From the NCBI GenBank assembly GCA_030167865.1, contig JALAGF010005449.1:1-56088 (forward strand): 56,088 nucleotides of DNA, given 5' to 3'. Below the pieces are notes generated by a model. That model saw only the letters and a list, made by a program, of their open reading frames with translations. It did not search any database and was not told the origin of the DNA. The position numbers and the translations under genes were made by a program. This document shows, in pieces, positions 45,201-56,088 of this stretch. This stretch comes from Craspedostauros australis (lineage: Eukaryota). The stretch's first letter is position 1. Each line of letters opens with the position of its first letter.

Positions 45201-47224
45201 GGCGGTTCCTGGTTTCAAACGCAGTTCCATGGTTCGCAGAATCTCCCTTCGTTCCACCAGCGCGCGTATTAGCAGATCGTTGTTCACAGCGCACGTGACG
45301 GCGGCCACCCGGATATTCGGAAATGCCTTCTCGAAGTACTTCTTCCACTGGTTCGGATCATTCGCCTTGGCGGGTGGGTTGGAAATGACGATCGAGTAAT
45401 CCTGCGCCGTTTGTTCATCTTCATCGAACTTCACGGCCTGATCTTCGATGTAAATCCCAAGCAGCAGGATGGAGACCAACATGAAGAGCATGGAACCCAG
45501 ATTGACCATTCCCAGCTTCCATATCACCCCGTCACGTTCCAAGCACCTGTTTTTCATGGTGAGCACCAACGGTTGCGGAAAGATGTCCGGCTTGTCAATC
45601 ACTGTGCATCGATCGGTGCCGGGCCAAGCCTGCAAGAAATCGTCGCAGTCGCAGTCCACGCAAGGCACGAATTCATTTCTCGTGCAGATGGCGGATCCGT
45701 ACAGCAACGGGGTGTTCAGTTCTTCATTCCTGTAACGATCGGAGGCGAAGAAGTAGAGGTTGAAGACAGAGATGACTCCAGCAACGAATGTGATGTACAC
45801 GATGGCCCGCAGCGTCGAAAAGTATAGCCCGAATCCCAGACCAAAGTCGCCCAACTGCAATCATTTCATTTGTTTGTTTGGTTTGTTGGAGTCAGTGAGT
45901 GTGGAAGAGAATGAGGTGTTGGTGAGTGCGTGAGTGAAATGGATGTACGTGCACAAGTCTATTGACTCAATTCAAGTCAATCCCTATCCCACAATATGCC
46001 ATGCCATGCCATGTGTAATGATTGCTCTGCAAATCGCCGTACCTGCATATGCGGCGTCGTTATTGGATCGTACAACTTGGTCGGCAGATACTTCTCGCCC
46101 GGCTGCGCACGTTCGAAGGCTTCCTCGTAGTTTTTGAAACTGTACAGGAACCTGCGCCAAAAGCTCATGGTGCTCGTGTCCACGTTGTGCGCCTCCACGA
46201 CGTATCTCGTGAGGATGACATGCTCAAAGTAGGCCCATGCCTTCTTCACGGATGGCATTTCCAAATGTGTCAGCACTTCTTCTTCGGACCGCGTCGTGGC
46301 ATTCATGGAGGAGTAGAATTCATCCTGCGATGCGCCCGCACGTGGATTGTACCATGGGAATTGCGACAGGTACACGGCGATGCGGCGACCCCATGTCATG
46401 TCTGTGTAATGGTCCTTCAAGAAATCGATGCCATCCTCCTCTTCATCCACCGGATCCAGACTCGTGCGGCTTTCGGTGGTGCTCCCGTTGAGGACGCTGG
46501 CGCTGATGTCCTGCCCGTTGAAGCTGAAGCGGCTACGTGATCTTCTGCGGTTGTGTAGATTGAAGACGTTGTGTATGGCCTGCACGTCCTCTTGGTAGTT
46601 GGCTCTGTTGGCGTCGGGCGGGATGATGTGCGCCTTGAGAGATGGGTAAGACGCATTCTCTATCGTGTCTCCATCACTCTCCGATCGATGCGCACGCAGA
46701 TCATTGAGCAAGTAGAAGGACTCATCGCCCGTCTTGTCCTCGCTGTCGTCGTCATCGGCGTCGTTGCTGTCGGCACGGCCGCCGTGCATCGCATACGCAC
46801 GTCCACGATCCTGCTCATCGTCATGCTCATCGTCATGCTCATCCTCATCTGAATGCTCGTTGATGGTTTCCACGTACACGCCAACACCAACGCCGCCGTC
46901 GTCGCTGTCATCGTAAAAGCTCGGTCGTGTGTTCGAAGCACGGAAGGTCTCGGAGGATGTGACTCTGTCGCTCTGATGCAGTCCAGTTCGCTTCGGCGGC
47001 AGCTTTTGGTTCATGTAGTCTTCCTCCAGCTGACGGTGCGACTGCCAATCATAGTCGGATTCATTGTTGGCCCTTGCAACGTCCAGCCCCGTGCTGGCAT
47101 TCTCGTTGTTGCTGCTGCGGCTGGCCCTCGACGTGCGCTTCTCGATCTTGTTGTTGGAGCAGTCGGAGTCCGACGAGGTGAAGGACGACCCCTCCTCCCT
47201 CGTTTTGCTTGTGTCCGTTGTCAT
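42295..47224 (-). CDS. OSCA/TMEM63(CSC1)/TMC-like multi-pass channel; exons 47224-46043, 45854-44705, 44446-44101, 43822-43213, 43038-42899, 42631-42295
   Basis: LGDFGLGFGLYFSTLR, DEDEQTAQDYSIVISNPP, FVTFEDE, EPNSVRWQNL and LAERYTNMTK; many TM helices; five GT-AG introns whose junctions link the reading frames. Confidence 0.85.
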
Positions 47225-48328
47225 CTCTCTCCCATTCTCGTTCTGTGAGGTGCTCAATGCTCAGATGCCGTGCTCCTGCTGTCGATTGGCGGTCTCTGGT
47301 GTCCCTTGTGCTTCAACGGGCACGCAAACGGGTCTCTCGGTGTTGTGATCACGTCCCCAGATCAAGCACGATGCAGATCGTGCTGTTGCGTCTGACTTGG
47401 GTGCTTGTCGACGTCTCCGGATGGGTCCAGAAGTGGTGCAAGAGGAGAGGCTTCGCTGTGAATGGCGATGGTCTCTCTCTTGTGATGATCTCGCCCAAAG
47501 TAGATGAGCGCGCTCTATCGTTGTATTGGTATGGCACGAGTTGCTCCGATAGTCCGAGCGCCTCTTTGCACTCAAGGAAGCTCAAACACAGCCCCTCTGT
47601 TTGCCTGTGTTGCTGTTCCCCGATTACGATCACGAGGCTCCGCACTTTATTCGTGGACGCTTTCTATCAATGCGGACTCTTGATGTCTCTGTGTTGTGCC
47701 TCTCTGTGCTGGACAAGCGCTCGTTGCCGTTTGATGAGTGCCGCTGAATGGGCTGTTGTTGGTCTGCCACGGAGTGTTTCCTCTTTCGCCGTTGTCGGCC
47801 TTGTTTCCTCCCTCTTCTTTCCTTTGCGTTGGGCTTCGTTGTGCGGTGTTTTTTGCATACTCGTCGGGATGCGTTGATACTGCCACCACAGACATTTCTG
47901 CCTTTTCGACCGATTAACAGTTCCAAAGAACGCAAGAAGCGAGGCAATTGTGCGCTGCTTTGCGGGATTACGAGGTCCCTCGAGCGACAAAAACTCGTGA
48001 TTGATGACGAGGCAAGAAAATGAAACCGCCACAAACATGTGCTTGTCTCTAGACTAGAGCAATGTAGGCTGCCTTCGACATTCTGAATGGCACAACCAGC
48101 AACGACGACAGCAACCCAACAAGATCTCGAAAGTCAACGACCATGCGATCGCGACAGACACAAAGCAAGTATTCTGCACAAGAGACACAAGAGGACGCAA
48201 CAGAGAGAAGGAGAGCCAGTGAGTGAGAGAGAATAGAAGCATCGCCAACCTCCTCACAAGCAACGAGCCATAAACAACACGGAACGATCTATCATACCAA
48301 CCGCAATAGTCGTACGAGTACTCCGAGC

Positions 48329-48886
48329 ATGTGGCGATCCCTACTCCAACCGTTGCGTTGGGCGACAGTCCTGCTTACGATCGCGACATGCGTCGCGGCC
48401 GACGATGTTGCTGCGACCACCAAGATGACCATCGCGCAATGCCACGCAGCAGGCTTCGATCCATACCAGCTCGCGTGCGAAACGTGCAAGTTGCTGCCAA
48501 CCAAACAGGACGTGTGCCGATCCTGCTGCCAGACCTACAAATCCACGCAATCCCAAACGCATCGCTACGCCATGGCGGTGATCGGGCATGCCTACCTGCC
48601 ATCGTACTATCCCGAGGTTCAATCCTTTCTGGATGAAGATCTGAAGGACGTACAGTCCCAGAAGCGATTGATTGTCAAACGGTTGGGTTCGAACGGGTAT
48701 TCGCAGAAGCCCATGCCGTCCGTTCTCATGTTCTTGGATGGTCAAGGCGGCAACAGCGATCCTGAGGAGATGGATATCTTCGCGCTGCAGCGGGTGGCAA
48801 CGGAGATGATCGTGCTGGATGGTTGGAAGCGTGATGACATTCGGGACATGCTCAAGGCCTTGTTGCGAGATGATGCAACGGCATGA
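48329..48886 (+). CDS. Selenoprotein F (Sep15)-like ER protein lacking the CxU motif
   Basis: Signal peptide; CHAAGF..LACETCKLL..CRSCCQ Cys-rich domain; YPEVQSFL; PSVLMFLD; LDGWKRDDIRDML. Confidence 0.8.
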   Translation: MWRSLLQPLRWATVLLTIATCVAADDVAATTKMTIAQCHAAGFDPYQLACETCKLLPTKQDVCRSCCQTYKSTQSQTHRYAMAVIGHAYLPSYYPEVQSFLDEDLKDVQSQKRLIVKRLGSNGYSQKPMPSVLMFLDGQGGNSDPEEMDIFALQRVATEMIVLDGWKRDDIRDMLKALLRDDATA

Positions 48887-49500
48887 TCACTGCAAATGGA
48901 CGATGGATGGGATCTGATTGGGTTGGCTGTAACAACTTCCGTTGCAGGTCCAGTCTCAAATGACAAGCAATTGTTCACCAACAACATCATGTAAACTAGT
49001 TTATTGCTTGCATTCTCTTGTGTATGATGGGTGTTTGTAGGTCGTACAGATCATACAGCAGAGAATGGTTTGTGTTGGCGAAGAAAAAGATGAAGACTAC
49101 CTCGATCCAGAGACGAGAGAAGTGTGTGCTGCATGGGCATCCATCTCCTGGTCTGCTGGATTCCATCTTCGTCTTTTTCAGGAACCACGTCGTTCCGACA
49201 GATCGTGCTGTCGTCCTGAATTTACCTGTTTTGGGGGGGATTTGACAAAACGCAGATCATCGTTGCGACGTTCTAGTCTTTGTGCAAGCGAGCGGTGGTT
49301 GGCATTTACGATCGCATGTGCGGGAGTCATACACAACCGTTCCACGAGTGTTTGCAATGTTCTAAAGAGTATCGCGTCATGCCACTTTGCTCATGCCATC
49401 AAACTCTACTCTACTCTGCTCAAGCACTGCATGGTCGTCCAATTAGAGCGCAGCACTCTGGAGAGAGTTGAGCATACCACAGCGGTCTCCAAGACGACGC

Positions 49501-50372
49501 TTAAAGTCCGGCGTTGAAGTTGGAGGAGTATCCGAGGAGGCTGTTGATGACGTATGGCTCACCCGAGATCTGTTCGTGCACCATGAGTCCGAGGATTCCC
49601 ATCTGCGCGGCGCGTCCGTTGTTGAGCTCGATGGCGCGCTTCTGCATGAGGTCCTCCTCGCTGCCCTTCCACTGGAACATGCCGTTGCGCAGATCTCCTG
49701 GGAACTCGCCCTTGCCCTTGTCGGTCATGACGAAGATCTCGAGGAAGCCGATGAAGGCGAAGATCTGGATGAGTCCTGCCTGCGGGACGTCGGAGAGTCC
49801 GGCGATTCCGGTCTTGATGGAGGCGAAGGTGGTGCCGGAGGCATCGATGGTGCCTGGCAGACGGTATCCGGCGCTGGTGGTGACATGTCCCAACACGGCG
49901 AGCATGGCGATGCGTCCGTGCTTCACCTCCACGTATCGGAGGCGGTCGAAGCGCTCCTCATCGGCTCCGGTGAGGAAGTTCAATGGATCCCTGTGTTCGT
50001 TATCGTATGGTTCGGTGCGATATGGTGAGAAGAATGATGCGTGAGTACAGGTATGGAGTGTGATGGAACAGATAGTCAGATGAAGCTCCACAATACGAGC
50101 AGACACTTGACTGCGCGAGGACGCATATGTTCAGTAGAGTAGCGGCATTCACCACGAACGACAAAAGGCAACGAAGATACAGATGACAACTACGACAACA
50201 ACGACGACAACGCCAATGATGATGACCATGGCACTCACCAGAATCCGAGTGGCTTCTGGACACCGAGCTCACTTTCGAAGGCGTTGAGGGCGGTGGTGGA
50301 GGTGGAGGCCTGCTGGGCTGGAGCGAAGGCAGCGGCGGAAGCGATGAGGGAGGCGAGGATGGCGGTCTTCAT
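49501..50372 (-). CDS. Lhcf: Fucoxanthin-chlorophyll a/c binding protein (Lhcf type); exons 50372-50239, 49990-49501
   Basis: ASAAA|FAP presequence; FESELGVQKPLGFWDPL; EVKHGRIAMLA; ELNNGRAAQMG. Confidence 0.97.
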
Positions 50373-51583
50373 GGTTGCGAACTTGGTGGGGTCGTGGTGG
50401 GATGATGTCGGATGTGAGAGCTTGGTCTGTCGGAGGTGGAAGGATGCTGGAGCGGTGTCGCATTGGGAGCAGAGGAACTGCGACAGGCAACACACAAAGG
50501 CACCATGGCGGTTCACCACAACGGCAACCTCAGCAAGGAAAGGAGACGAAAGGAAACGGAAGAACACAAGGAGACAACAGAAAAGGAAGGAACACCCAAC
50601 CACGATGCAGAGACACCAAAAATGATGATCGAAGATGCAGGTTCAACAAGGCGATCTTTTTGTGAGCAGGTTCGATTCATTTGATCAATCGAAGGAGAAC
50701 AGCTGATTGACTCATCGGATCACCATGGTTCGTCTGACGTCACGAGTCCGCACAGTCACACAAGAACAACGAGGCAACGATGTTTGATTTGTGACCGCTG
50801 AGCCAAAAGCGGAAACCGAAGAACCGCACCATCGTCATCACCACCGCAACAACATCTGCCACCATTCCCGACACCCCATCATCACACACATGCCAAGTGA
50901 CTCGCAACAGGAGGAGAACTGAGCGAAGGGAGAAGAAGAGAGGGCCAAACATCGCTGAACTCTTCCGAAGCATCACAAACTGAATCATCGGCAACAAGGA
51001 GAGCCAAGAGCAACCAGTGGTGTGATAGCTCGTACAATATACTGTATTGCTGAGTAAGTCACACCGATGGATGATGGAGTGAATACACAACTACTATTCT
51101 ATTAAACAAGGTGACATCAACCTGATCTGGTGAGAACGGCTGACGAGAACATGCTGATGATCTCGAGTGGTTGATCACTTCCGTCATCAGACACATGCTC
51201 AGACCTATTCTCTTCCCTGTTCGCAGGAACTACCGATCCTGTGCTGTGCATGTACATACACGTGGAGGAGGAAATGCAATCATACTCATGCTGACACCTG
51301 CGCTGTTCTCCTGTTGACTCATCTCTCCATTCGTATGCACTCGTATTCCGACGATCGATTGACTCACCATCTCCCCGACACCTACTCTTGTGCTCCCACG
51401 AACAGCCGTGCACAAATACAACAACTCCCTACTCGTACGACCACGACCACGACCACCTACTCCAAGGAAAAAGGAGACAAGCACATCGGTGCCAACGAAG
51501 AGATATCACCTCACTCTCACAAATCCCAAACCCAAACAGTTCCAACACAACAAGCCACCACAGTCACAATCACCTTTCAAAAG

Positions 51584-53218
51584 ATGAACAAATCACCCAT
51601 CACAACGAGCAACGCGGCTGCCGTGCTTTGCGCAGCACTTCTGCTTCCATCCTCAATCGAGCAGGCCACGGCCTTCACGACACCATCCAGATCATTTGCC
51701 ACCACATCCGTATCCTCGCGAGTTGGCAATCTGCAGTTCACAGGGAGACCTACCGGTGGTTACACCAGCACCCATACAGTTCTGCAGGCTGGCAGCAACA
51801 ACCCAGAGGTTGATAGGAAATTCGATGAGCTTCTCGACAAAATCAACCATAGCAACGGCAACGACAACAGCAACATCAGTAACAACAATGGAGACAGCAG
51901 CAACAGCAACGGGGCCAATGCATCACAGTCGCCATTCGCAGATGCGTCGCCCCAGGCAAACCTGCGCCAAGTCACAAGATTCTTCCGTTCCAATCCAGAC
52001 ATTGACCTCACGCGAGAGCGTTGGAATGCCGTCTTCGATGCCGTTGAAATTACGACGGGATCCGAGGCAAGGGGGCAGCAAACGCCGGACGCTCCCCAAG
52101 CACGGGAACAGCTCATCACGCAATCGCGCATGGAGATGACGGACGTGTACTCTGCACTGAAGGAGCGGGACCAATTGCGAATGTTCGGTGCCGTGCAGTA
52201 CCCCGTGTGGCCAGCATCGGGCAGCAAAACGATCGATGCCAATCTGTTGGAGCGCATCACGGATCTTCCCATGCAAGCACTGACGCCCAAGACTTCCAAC
52301 CTCACCTTGTATGCCGGCGCAGCAGTGGCGGTGCTGGAGGGATTGGTCAGCGCGTACTACGGACTTGACTTCAACTCGTTGGTGCTGACCACCGTCATGT
52401 TGGCCGTCTTGGACAAGGCCCTGTTGAATGGCGCCGTCCAGGAAACCGTCGTCAAGGCGGTGTCACCAAACACGCAAAAGAAGATCACACGCCACGAGGC
52501 TGGCCACATGCTCTGCGCCTATCTCCTCGGCTGTCCCATCGAGGGATACGTCCTGTCGGCATGGGCATCCCTGCAAGACAGCAGATTTGAAGGTGTCAGC
52601 GCAGGAACTTCCTTCTTTGATCCCATCCTCTCCGACCAGATCGCCAACAACCAGATCAAGCGGTCCACCGTCGATCGCTACTCCATCATCGTCATGGCCG
52701 GCATCGCCGCCGAAGCCGTGCAGTACGGCCAGGCCGACGGCGGTGGCGGTGACGAGATGGCGCTCATCCAGTTCCTCCTGCAAATGAATGGCGGTCAGAC
52801 CGATGCCGCACCGTGGAATGACATCACCATCCGCAACCAGGCTCGATGGGGCGCCCTGCAGGCCGTTCTCATCATCCGTGAATATCAAGAATGCTACGAC
52901 GCCCTCGTGGATGCCATGGAGAGCGGCGGATCGCTGGGAGACTGCATCTACGCCATCGAAAAGGCAGGCCGGGATAGCGGCAAACTGTCACTCACGAAGC
53001 CTCTCGGCCTGATCATCGACGAAGGTGTTCACGGCGAATGGAAGACGGATCTGCCCGACGAGGGCGAAGAAATCGAAATCCCCGGCACGGTCATGAAGCA
53101 AGTGCAAGCGAAACCAGAATTCGATCCCGAGCAATCCCTGGAGACGCTTGCGGAATACAAGAAGCAGATGGAAGATCGATTGAAGACGATCGAATCGGAG
53201 CTGCAACGGCTTGATTAG
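51584..53218 (+). CDS. Plastid-targeted FtsH/M41-like Zn metalloprotease without AAA domain (VIR3-like)
   Basis: Signal peptide ATA|FTTP; TM region; RHEAGHMLCAYLLGCPI; MAGIAAEA; GGGGD; C-terminal coiled coil. Confidence 0.85.
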   Translation: MNKSPITTSNAAAVLCAALLLPSSIEQATAFTTPSRSFATTSVSSRVGNLQFTGRPTGGYTSTHTVLQAGSNNPEVDRKFDELLDKINHSNGNDNSNISNNNGDSSNSNGANASQSPFADASPQANLRQVTRFFRSNPDIDLTRERWNAVFDAVEITTGSEARGQQTPDAPQAREQLITQSRMEMTDVYSALKERDQLRMFGAVQYPVWPASGSKTIDANLLERITDLPMQALTPKTSNLTLYAGAAVAVLEGLVSAYYGLDFNSLVLTTVMLAVLDKALLNGAVQETVVKAVSPNTQKKITRHEAGHMLCAYLLGCPIEGYVLSAWASLQDSRFEGVSAGTSFFDPILSDQIANNQIKRSTVDRYSIIVMAGIAAEAVQYGQADGGGGDEMALIQFLLQMNGGQTDAAPWNDITIRNQARWGALQAVLIIREYQECYDALVDAMESGGSLGDCIYAIEKAGRDSGKLSLTKPLGLIIDEGVHGEWKTDLPDEGEEIEIPGTVMKQVQAKPEFDPEQSLETLAEYKKQMEDRLKTIESELQRLD

Positions 53219-53969
53219 GCCTGCATGCGCGTACCATATTGTACATACGAGTGTAGCATTGCGGTGCTCGTGACAAGTTCCATTCCCAACATGCAATGAA
53301 CGTGTGGAAATAACAAGGAGGATCAATTGGAATGAGATGGAAGATAAATTAGACTACAATAAGACCCCGGTCAGTGAAAATGATACACCTTTCTCGGGAA
53401 CGTCGTTTCTATGCTAAAACTAACTGCACAGATCTATTCTCCTACATCGGATACATCATGTGGCAAGAACTAGAATTGTTCCGTCCAATCATTTTAAAGT
53501 TATAGAGGGTTGAAAGTCATGTCGAATCTACCTATTAGGTGAATAACACACAGACGCCGCGGTGCTCATTGACGCTTCAATTTAGTCGCAGTGGTCATTC
53601 GTCCCAAAACGTTCTTTTTTCTTCCGTCGTTTGGGCTTTGTTCGCGATTCTTGAATTTCCGGAGAGTGACTCTACCTTGTGCTCACACAGAATCGTTGGT
53701 GTGAACACGAAACTGTTGTTGCGTGGAGAGTGATGTGATGTAATGTGATGCGGGGCGATGTGCCATGGGCTGTCAACCAGGATGGTAGGCACGGTCCTTG
53801 TTCCTCTTCCTCCTGTCTGTTATGTCAGAGTGGTAGCAAGGGGGATGCACGGGCTGCAATGCACGAGACGCATACGATGCAAGTTGCGCAGCGCTGAATT
53901 GGACGATGTGAATTGCTGGTCCCAAGATGGAAATGGACTGCACCCTCGCCACAGTCCTGTACGCAGCGG

Positions 53970-54081
53970 CAACCCCAACCCACACATCTCTGACCCTAAC
54001 CCTAACTCTAGCCCTGAGCAACTGCTTCCCTCGATCCCTAACCCAAGCCAGAACCCCAGCCCTAACTCTAACCCTGAGCAA
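53970..54081 (+). repeat. Degenerate telomere-like (CCCTAA)n hexamers running into an assembly gap
   Basis: ACCCTAACCCTAACTCTAGCCCTGAGCAA ... CCCTAACTCTAACCCTGAGCAA, then Ns. Confidence 0.65.
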
Positions 54082-55115
54082 NNNNNNNNNNNNNNNNNNN
54101 NNNNNNNNNNNNNNNNNNNNNNNNNNNNNNNCTGAACAACGTCATCCGCACACAGTTACCTCCGCCGTCGCTCTGGTGTTGCCCTTGTCGCGAACTCTTG
54201 CTTTTCTCCCACTTTATTGTTTCCTGCACTGTTTCGATTCATTTCAACGGCCGCCGTTCCAGCGTTTTTGATTCGATTTCACGATTTTTACAGTTTGTTT
54301 CGTCGGAGGTATCCTCCAGAACGTCCTTTGAACTCTTTGGCGCCANNNNNNNNNNNNNNNNNNNNNNNNNNNNNNNNNNNNNNNNNNNNNNNNNNATGAA
54401 AAGTAATCAATATTGTCGATTGTGACCCTGGTATCCGGACAGACGTCATATCTGCTGAGTAAAACCTGGCACGTTGGCTTGAAGGCTTCGTTGAGAATCT
54501 CAACGCATGAGCCATCCAAAGAGACAGACTTGGACAAACAAAGACAAGAAACAAGTCAACACAAGAGGTGAAAGGGGCCGTTGTTGACTGGTGGGAAACA
54601 TCGCGTCGCGTGGCTTCGCATCATCGCCGTTGCCATTTCCATTTCCATCGGCATGCCTTGGCAACCGCACGTACCATACTCGCTCGCCATCATCTTTTTT
54701 CAATCAAGAGCATCATGCACAAGCACGTTCATCTTCTGNAGTGCTTCATCCCACGCCCAACTGGCATCTCTCATTGCGTCGATCAATTGACCGATCGCCG
54801 CTCGTGTTCAGTTGGTGGGTTGTACCGTTGCAGTCACCCATTCCTGCTTGTGCGACCGTGACAATTCCAACGCATCACAACGCATCATAGCGTATCACAA
54901 CACAACACAACACCGCGCACCACAACGCAAAGAGAAATGAACATGGCAGACGATCCCTCCATCTTGTTGGAGGATGAGGATAACAAATCCTCCATGAGCT
55001 TCGACTCCAAGGCCAACGAGATGTGCCTCAACACGCTCNGCGGTCCCACCAAGCCCAAGACCAGATCCTGCAAGCTTCTCAATGTCCCCAAGACAAGACC
55101 AGATCCTGCTGCGAA

Positions 55116-56088
55116 ATGAGGGACATCCTCCTGGCCGCAGCGAATTTTGGTCCTTCGTCTCTCACAAGGGCGGCATGCTCCGGGACGATCCGTGAGTGGG
55201 TCAGAGGCACGGATCTGGTATCGGCTCTCGTGGTCTTCGAAGGTGAAAAATCCGACATCGCGGTCTCCGCCTACGTTGACGATCAGAGGGTGCGCGGCAG
55301 GGGCATTTACGAAATCCGCACGAGAGCCATCACCCACCAGACCACCGAATTCTGGATATGGAAGGTCAAGCACGAGCACATGCTGCCGCCCAGACATCAA
55401 ACCCGAATCGAGACGGGAGATCCGCCGGATTTCAAACCCTGGCTTGCGCCAGAAGATTTGGACACCGATTTCGTTGGCACGTTCTCAGGGTTACATTGCG
55501 ATCCGACTGGTCACCTGAGGGGGCCAAGACATTCATGGCCAGATCCATATCTACGTCAACGCCACAAATTCGTCAATTGGATCAGCATCGGATATACCAC
55601 ACCCTCTTCGAACCTTCCAACAACCTCCCCCGCGAAAACCACACAGTCACGAAGAACGATCTCATCCTCCTGCACATTGATCATGCCAGATCGAAGCTGG
55701 ATTCTACCAATCGGAAGGGACCAACAGCTGTGTTTGCTGGAGTCGAGAGGGGCCCCAATCGCCTGCGCCAGCGTCCGATCTGCGGATCCCAACAAGGCCA
55801 TCGATTCTGGGCCACACTGCCAGCTACACAGGCCCACCATGCTGTGGCTCGGCGATGCGTCCGTGTTTGATGGCGAAGACATGGAGATCATGAAGCATGT
55901 CGATCCAGAGGTCCACCTTGGCAGCAAGCTGCAATTGCTACCGAGTCATTTCGATTCGAAAGGTGTGGACGTCATGCAATGCATCGCAGAAAGCAAGGAC
56001 AGCGCCGATGCTCTGCACTTCATGATGTCGAAGAGGCGTCCCCACGAACAAGCGGACCCACCTTGCTCTACGCCTACGGTGCCTTTGA
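55116..56088 (+). other. Unidentified reading frame open to the window end; possibly a frameshifted gene or transposon ORF
   Basis: ATG at 55116 (MRDILLAAANF...) with no stop found before 56088; absent from the ORF track. No motif recognised, and a competing frame runs 55358-55870. Confidence 0.35.

Noticed and set aside
48884..49000. Selenocysteine read-through or SECIS for the Sep15-like gene
   Set aside because: The TGA is at the normal C-terminus rather than the active site, and no convincing SECIS was seen.

Overview
Eukaryotic nuclear DNA, almost certainly from a diatom: it has GT-AG introns, a fucoxanthin-chlorophyll a/c protein and several bipartite plastid-targeting presequences. 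The left ~7 kb is repeat and transposon debris with assembly gaps. It holds an 80/77-bp satellite, LTR-like direct repeats and a decayed non-LTR retrotransposon with an RNase H domain that ends next to a tRNA gene. The gene-rich middle contains three identical tRNA-Val(AAC) genes, an NDP-glucose 4,6-dehydratase, SAR1, a peroxisomal-type carrier, a double-domain GT31 glycosyltransferase and ASNSD1. It also has a UDP-sugar pyrophosphorylase, a DnaJ-type Zn finger, an HSF protein, a DUF6824-like protein, an OSCA/TMEM63-like channel, a Sep15-like protein, an Lhcf and an M41-like metalloprotease. The right end has telomere-like repeats and gaps. The main finding is the intronless 1545-aa ORF at 23505-28142. 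Between two DEP domains and ARM repeats it carries all hallmark motifs of bacterial class II nucleotidyl cyclase toxins (anthrax edema factor, CyaA, ExoY), which suggests a domesticated toxin-type cyclase used in eukaryotic signalling. The second finding is a bacterial/phage-type Mom-like GNAT DNA-modification protein at 40590-42017. All homology calls come from motif recognition by eye; no searches were run.
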